Assembly (NCBI GenBank): GCA_000146045.2
Contig: BK006945.2
Coordinates: forward strand, 32,001-96,000
From: TPA_inf: Saccharomyces
Lineage: Eukaryota
Length of the DNA: 64,000 nt
Direction: 5' to 3'
Below the pieces are notes generated by a model. It saw nothing but the letters and a program-made list of their open reading frames with translations. It made no database searches and had not been told where the DNA came from. Position numbers and translations under genes: made by a program. Shown here in pieces: positions 59,350 through 64,000 of this stretch (the stretch's first letter is position 1; every line of letters begins with the position of its first letter).

Positions 59350-59994
59350 TTTAATATAGTGTGATTTTTAAAAACTTTCGAACAAGAATCAGTAATATAA
59401 TATATATAATTAATAAAACTAATGGAATTTGTTTAATTGAACTTGACACCCGAGCAAAAGAGCTCACATTTTAACGTTTAGTTCATCTTGCTGTGAATAA
59501 TCTAAAAGTAAACAATGGACAAAAAAGTCCACTGGACGTCAAATCTTTTTTTATTGTATTTGGGACATATGGCGTTGATAACTAAAGTTTAAAGGAAGTA
59601 ATAAGTGAAGGTTAAATCTGGACCTCTTTACTTTCATATTAGAAGTATAAAACACACGCGGATTGGTCCATTATTAGAATACGGGTACTACAATAATGGT
59701 TTTGATAGTTACTGTACATTTGAATGTAGCGACTCATATGACTCATATATATGACTACCAAATCATGTTAAAATTAGTATATCTTTAACTTAGACTTCAG
59801 TACTATCTGAACTGCACGTTTAAATTTTTACCATAGCAGTTCATGTAATATTAATAATCACTTGTGCCAATATAATGTTACAGCGAACATTTTTCCATGC
59901 GCTTGGAAAATTGAATGATAGAAAATTCGAACAGCGATGATTTCCAACGATGTAATCCATTAAGATGATTGTTAGAATTTCTATTGTTGCAGAG

Positions 59995-60049
59995 GTCATA
60001 TGATATTAAGAACACAGCACAATATATTAAAATTTCTTCTCGAGGATAT
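59995..60049. mobile_element. Possible short fragment of a further Ty LTR (…ttcttctcgaggatat) abutting the complete delta
   Basis: It resembles the tcctcgagga core of delta elements, which would suggest nested insertions. The match is short. Confidence 0.25.
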
Positions 60050-60381
60050 TGAGAAATGGGTGAATTTTGAGGTAATTGTTGGGATTCCATTGTTAATAAG
60101 GGCTATAATATTAGGTATACAGAATATACTAGATGTTCTCCTCGAGGATCTACGAATCCTCATAATGGAATCAATATTTCTATATACTAATATTACGATT
60201 ATCCCTCATTCCGTTTTATATGTTTCATTATCTTATTACATTATCAATCCTTTCACTACAGCTTCCTCTAACCTCGATGACAGCTTCTCATAACCTATGT
60301 CATCATCTAACACCGTATATGATAATATAGTGATAGTTATAACTATTAGTTGATAGACGATAGTGGATTTTTATTCCAACA
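60050..60381 (-). mobile_element. Solo Ty1/Ty2 delta LTR, about 332 bp, in reverse orientation
   Basis: The plus strand begins tgagaaatgggtgaat… and ends …ttattccaaca. This is the reverse complement of the delta termini TGTTGGAATA…CCATTTCTCA. Internal delta landmarks are present (cctcgaggatcta, ttttatatgtttcattatcttattacattatcaatcct). Confidence 0.7.
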
Positions 60382-60409
60382 GATATAAGAATTACAAAAA
60401 GAGAACTGT

Positions 60410-60480
60410 TATTTCTACATAATAATATTACGATTAGTACTCCTTTTATATGTTTCTTTATCCATTTACATTATCAATCC
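60410..60480 (-). mobile_element. Truncated second delta LTR fragment
   Basis: ataatattacgattagtactccttttatatgtttctttatccatttacattatcaatcct parallels the internal segment of the adjacent delta (about 85% identity), with no LTR termini. Confidence 0.45.
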
Positions 60481-60547
60481 TGATTAAAATTCCCACGAAC
60501 CCCCAGTACTAGATTGTTCATAATGGATCAAGTTCACAAGTTAATAA

Positions 60548-60650
60548 GGGCGTGTGGTCTAGTGGTATGATTCTCGCTTTGGGCGACTTCCTGACTAAAC
60601 AGGAAGACAAAGCATGCGAGAGGCCCTGGGTTCAATTCCCAGCTCGCCCC
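60548..60650 (+). tRNA. tP(UGG): tRNA-Pro(UGG) with a 31-nt intron at approximately 60585..60615
   Basis: GGGCGTGTGGTCTAGTGGTATGATTCTCGCTTTGGG-[cgacttcctgactaaacaggaagacaaagca]-TGCGAGAGGCCCTGGGTTCAATTCCCAGCTCGCCCC. It has an A-box (TGGTCTAGTGG) and a B-box (GGTTCAATTCC), the anticodon TGG, and a TTTATTTTCTTTTTTT Pol III terminator immediately 3'. Confidence 0.9.
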
Positions 60651-62746
60651 TTTATTTTCTTTTTTTGGACCCAAAGCACTAGCTTAGGCTGTCCATCTTT
60701 GTTCTTGATTCTAAAGATCACAGTAGAATAATGGTTTATTTCTTAGAGTTCTACAAGTTTTAGCGTACTACTGAACAATGAATGTCCTGATTTTTTAAAA
60801 CTCGCGCATATTTGGAGGCCATATCGTGCCACCAACTTTACTACAGTCAAACACCTGTGCCCAATTCTACCACTTATTAAACAATTACTTAGTAAGATCA
60901 GCAAGCGGTTCATCTGTCCCCCATTCATATATGGCTTTCACCCTCTTTACCTGTTTGAAACAGAAAAAAAATTACAACTAATGGTATGCAATTCATAAAG
61001 CATAGGCCAAAAGACCCTGATACAGATATATGCTAAAACAATAATTATAAAGGATTATGCCGTAGGAAGGCTGAGAATCCTCAGTTTGTGCACTTTGAAA
61101 TTCAAAATACAAAAAACTGTTGACAAATTAGTATCATAACTATCTATCGCATATATTCACGTCACATACCGCCTCTGTGGCAATTGACAACACTTATCCC
61201 TATCAAAGACAATACAAAGTATTTGTTACCGAGTGAGATTATTTAGTACAATATGTGGGTAATAAAAACTAATCGGAGATATTTTTTTACGTTTTTTGAT
61301 GCAAACGCAATAAATTCTTGATTTTTGAAATTTTGCAGGACATCAAGATACGTTTCTTTTAAGCAGTTTGGATTGCTTCTTTCGTTCCGAAAGTAAAACG
61401 TAATGAAAACCCCTATAGTATTGTGACGCGTTTTCCAACTCTGCCCTTAGCTTGATTTGACGGCTTAGAACAAAGGAACAGTAGCACGAACACTTCAAGT
61501 GCAAATGACAGTTTAATTGTGGGTAAAAAAGGTAGCCTCAAAGTTGCATTTTTTATGGACTGTAAAGAACATACGATTGTTATACACTTTTGAACAACCA
61601 AGATGTACTACCTCAATTGTAGTGAATTAATGTCGAAATTTGTTAGATGCCCCGAATAAATAGTAACTTTATTTAGGGAAAGCACTCGAATTTTTGTTAT
61701 TACGGTCACGCCATATTTTAGCATGTACTTAGTAAAAGACCCATTTCGCCATCACTATTTTTACCATTTTTTTCTATACGATTTGGGAGCAAATACCTGA
61801 ACTGCACACTAATGGACATAATCACTTGGTTGAAAAAGTACTATAGTAGACTATACGTCGTACGCTGCAATCTATTTTAAGCACAGAAAGCATCCTTCGT
61901 ATGATAATATAACCTTTTTGGTAACAGAGTTACCATTGAAGCGACATTGCAGTGAAACTTGTTTCAAGATGTAGTTGGGAGGAATTATGTGTTGAGTTCG
62001 TCCACTTTATGAGCTCGAAGATAACGAGAAAATTGCTAAGATGCCGGTGTTGGCTTCTTGCATATGAAGAGGCACCAATAAAACGATGCATTAATTCTTT
62101 ATTACGGAAGTTCCGAAGCAGCGAAGAATGAAAAAGAATACAAGCGCTCATAATTGTCCTCGGTGGACATCATATACAGCATAAAAGTGTCTTTTTTAAG
62201 TTCTCTCCCCTAAAGATCACAAACTTCACGTAATTAGTAACGTGTAGACTACTAACCTTGAAAAAACGAACCCCTTTTCTGCCTAGCAACCGTTTAAGAT
62301 ATACCAAAAAAGGCAACTGTGATGACTTCTGAACGAGGGTCCACGCCAAGTCACGCCAAGTTTGTTTTCGGATCTTCTGCTAGCAGAAACTCAACACACC
62401 TACATGAAAGGTAAAGGGTTTCTTAGAAACATTCACTGTACCGTGCATTGTTCAAACCTGCGCGATTGCTTGGCAACGGCGAGAATTACATTACAAGAAG
62501 GTGTGCTTTCATAAACGAGAAGTAATAAACTTGTGTCGTTCAGAAACAATAGTATCTCATATTGGCTACAATGGAGAAACTTACGATGTGTATTCAGTAT
62601 ATTGGTTAGAAAACTGTAGTTTGTTAGTTGAAAAATTAATATAAATAGGGTGTTTTTAATCAGCTGTAATAGAAGTACATCCTCATCCTTCTTCTTCACT
62701 AAGCTCACATCATCACTAAAGCAACAACCAAAAAACAACAAATACA

Positions 62747-63121
62747 ATGGTCAAATTAACTTCAATTGCTGCTGGTGTCGCCGCTATTGCCGCTGGTGTC
62801 GCCGCTGCACCAGCTACCACCACTTTATCTCCATCTGACGAAAGAGTTAACCTGGTTGAATTAGGTGTCTACGTCTCTGATATCAGAGCTCATTTGGCTG
62901 AATACTATATGTTCCAAGCCGCTCATCCAACTGAAACTTACCCAGTTGAAATTGCTGAAGCTGTTTTCAACTACGGTGATTTCACCACTATGTTGACCGG
63001 TATCCCCGCTGACCAAGTCACTAGAGTCATCACTGGTGTCCCATGGTACTCTACCAGATTGAGACCAGCCATCTCCAGCGCTCTATCTGCAGACGGTATC
63101 TACACTGCTGTACCAAACTAG
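62747..63121 (+). CDS. PAU17: Seripauperin (PAU/TIR family cell-wall mannoprotein) PAU17, 124 aa
   Basis: [54 protein letters not shown]… is the conserved PAU domain with a signal peptide. The position between HSP104 and SSA2 fits YLL025W. Confidence 0.85.
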   Translation: MVKLTSIAAGVAAIAAGVAAAPATTTLSPSDERVNLVELGVYVSDIRAHLAEYYMFQAAHPTETYPVEIAEAVFNYGDFTTMLTGIPADQVTRVITGVPWYSTRLRPAISSALSADGIYTAVPN

Positions 63122-63565
63122 GATTTGACGCCCTTACGAATAGAACTTTACGAGTATTAGAATGTTATGAATAAATGAAATTGGTTTCGACGGTATAGAT
63201 GAATAAAGGTATTTTGAAAATTATAAAAAAAAGTTTTAATAATATAGATTTGGTAAAATAAATAGGCGTATATACACATTGTATACTGTTGATATTATCA
63301 AGTTTTTATTATTAAAGAGCTCTTTTTATTTTTTATTTATAGGGGAAAATGACCGATATTCCTAGTCTTCAAGTCACTATTATTTTTTTTTTTATTCATA
63401 AGTACAATTGAATAATATTATTGATTTTTTTATTATTGTTCTTATTCTTTTTTTATCATTTCTATATAAAATATTATATGATTTAGTTTATCGTAAAAAA
63501 ATTAAAAAATACAGAGGAAAGCAAAAGTAAAACTTTTCGGATATTTTACAGGGCGATCGCTAAGC

Positions 63566-64000
63566 TTAATCAACTTCTTCGACAGTTGGACCTTCAGCTT
63601 CTGGAGCTGGAGGAGCACCACCTGGGAAACCACCTGGAGCTGCGCCTTCTGGAGCACCACCAGCTTGGTACAATTTAGACATGATTGGGTTGGCAACCTC
63701 TTGCAATTCCTTCAATTGGTCATCGAATTCTTCCTTGGTAGCAGTGGTGTTGCTGTCTAACCAAGCAATAGTTTCTTCAGCCTTCTTAGTGACAGCGTCC
63801 TTGTCAGCTTGCTCTAGCTTGTCACCAGCTTCAGAAATGGTGTTCTTCAAAGAGTAAGCAATGGATTCCAATTGGTTCTTGGAAGCAATTCTTTGAGATT
63901 CCTTTTCATCTTCTTCCTTGAATTTTTCGGCTTCAGCAACCATCTTTTCGATATCTTCCTTGGACAATCTACCCTTGTCGTTGGTAATAGTGATCTTGTT
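63566..64000 (-). CDS. SSA2: Hsp70 SSA2, 3' portion only (the CDS continues beyond the window end)
   Basis: C-terminus …[33 protein letters not shown] with the EEVD TPR-binding tail. The frame stays open to nt 64000 (…[33 protein letters not shown]…). The chromosome XII position implies SSA2 rather than SSA1. Confidence 0.85.
   Translation of the reverse strand, partial: NKITITNDKGRLSKEDIEKMVAEAEKFKEEDEKESQRIASKNQLESIAYSLKNTISEAGDKLEQADKDAVTKKAEETIAWLDSNTTATKEEFDDQLKELQEVANPIMSKLYQAGGAPEGAAPGGFPGGAPPAPEAEGPTVEEVD

Overview
This window is a gene-dense stretch of the Saccharomyces cerevisiae chromosome XII left arm, given in chromosome orientation and running from YLL054C to the 3' end of SSA2/YLL024C. 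The translated ORFs are unmistakable (five-repeat polyubiquitin UBI4, HSP104, Hsp70 SSA2 C-terminus, VPS13 at 3144 aa, RPL8B, SDH2, cofilin COF1, PRP19, RIX7, GPI13, FPS1, TPO1, ISA1, a PAU seripauperin), so this is a well-characterised eukaryotic region. I see no CRISPR array, operon or prokaryotic defence island, and no convincing evidence of a novel biological system. The supplied ORF track appears to use bacterial-style start calling: several 'M' starts are actually GTG/TTG codons (checked for FRE6, FPS1, YBT1, GPI13, LDB18, ENT4, ATG10, YLL053C). For those genes I moved the start to the first in-frame ATG. The most unusual observations are: (1) the aquaporin AQY2 is split by a frameshift into two ORFs, i.e. 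a pseudogene allele; (2) COF1 is spliced (14-nt exon 1) with a non-consensus GUAUGC 5' splice site and a long branchpoint-to-3'SS distance; (3) a ~19-nt element occurs twice, 18/19 identical, on either side of RPL8B; (4) the TPO1 promoter has a cluster of direct CGG-N3-CGG repeats next to a PDRE-like site; (5) nested Ty delta LTRs sit just upstream of an intron-containing tRNA-Pro; (6) UBI4, HSP104 and RIX7 carry textbook stress (HSE/STRE) and ribosome-biogenesis (PAC/RRPE) promoter modules; (7) there is an A24 tract, an FPS1 poly-Asn (AAT/AAC) tract and several microsatellites. Coordinates I counted by eye from the 10-base groups may be off by ±1-2 nt.
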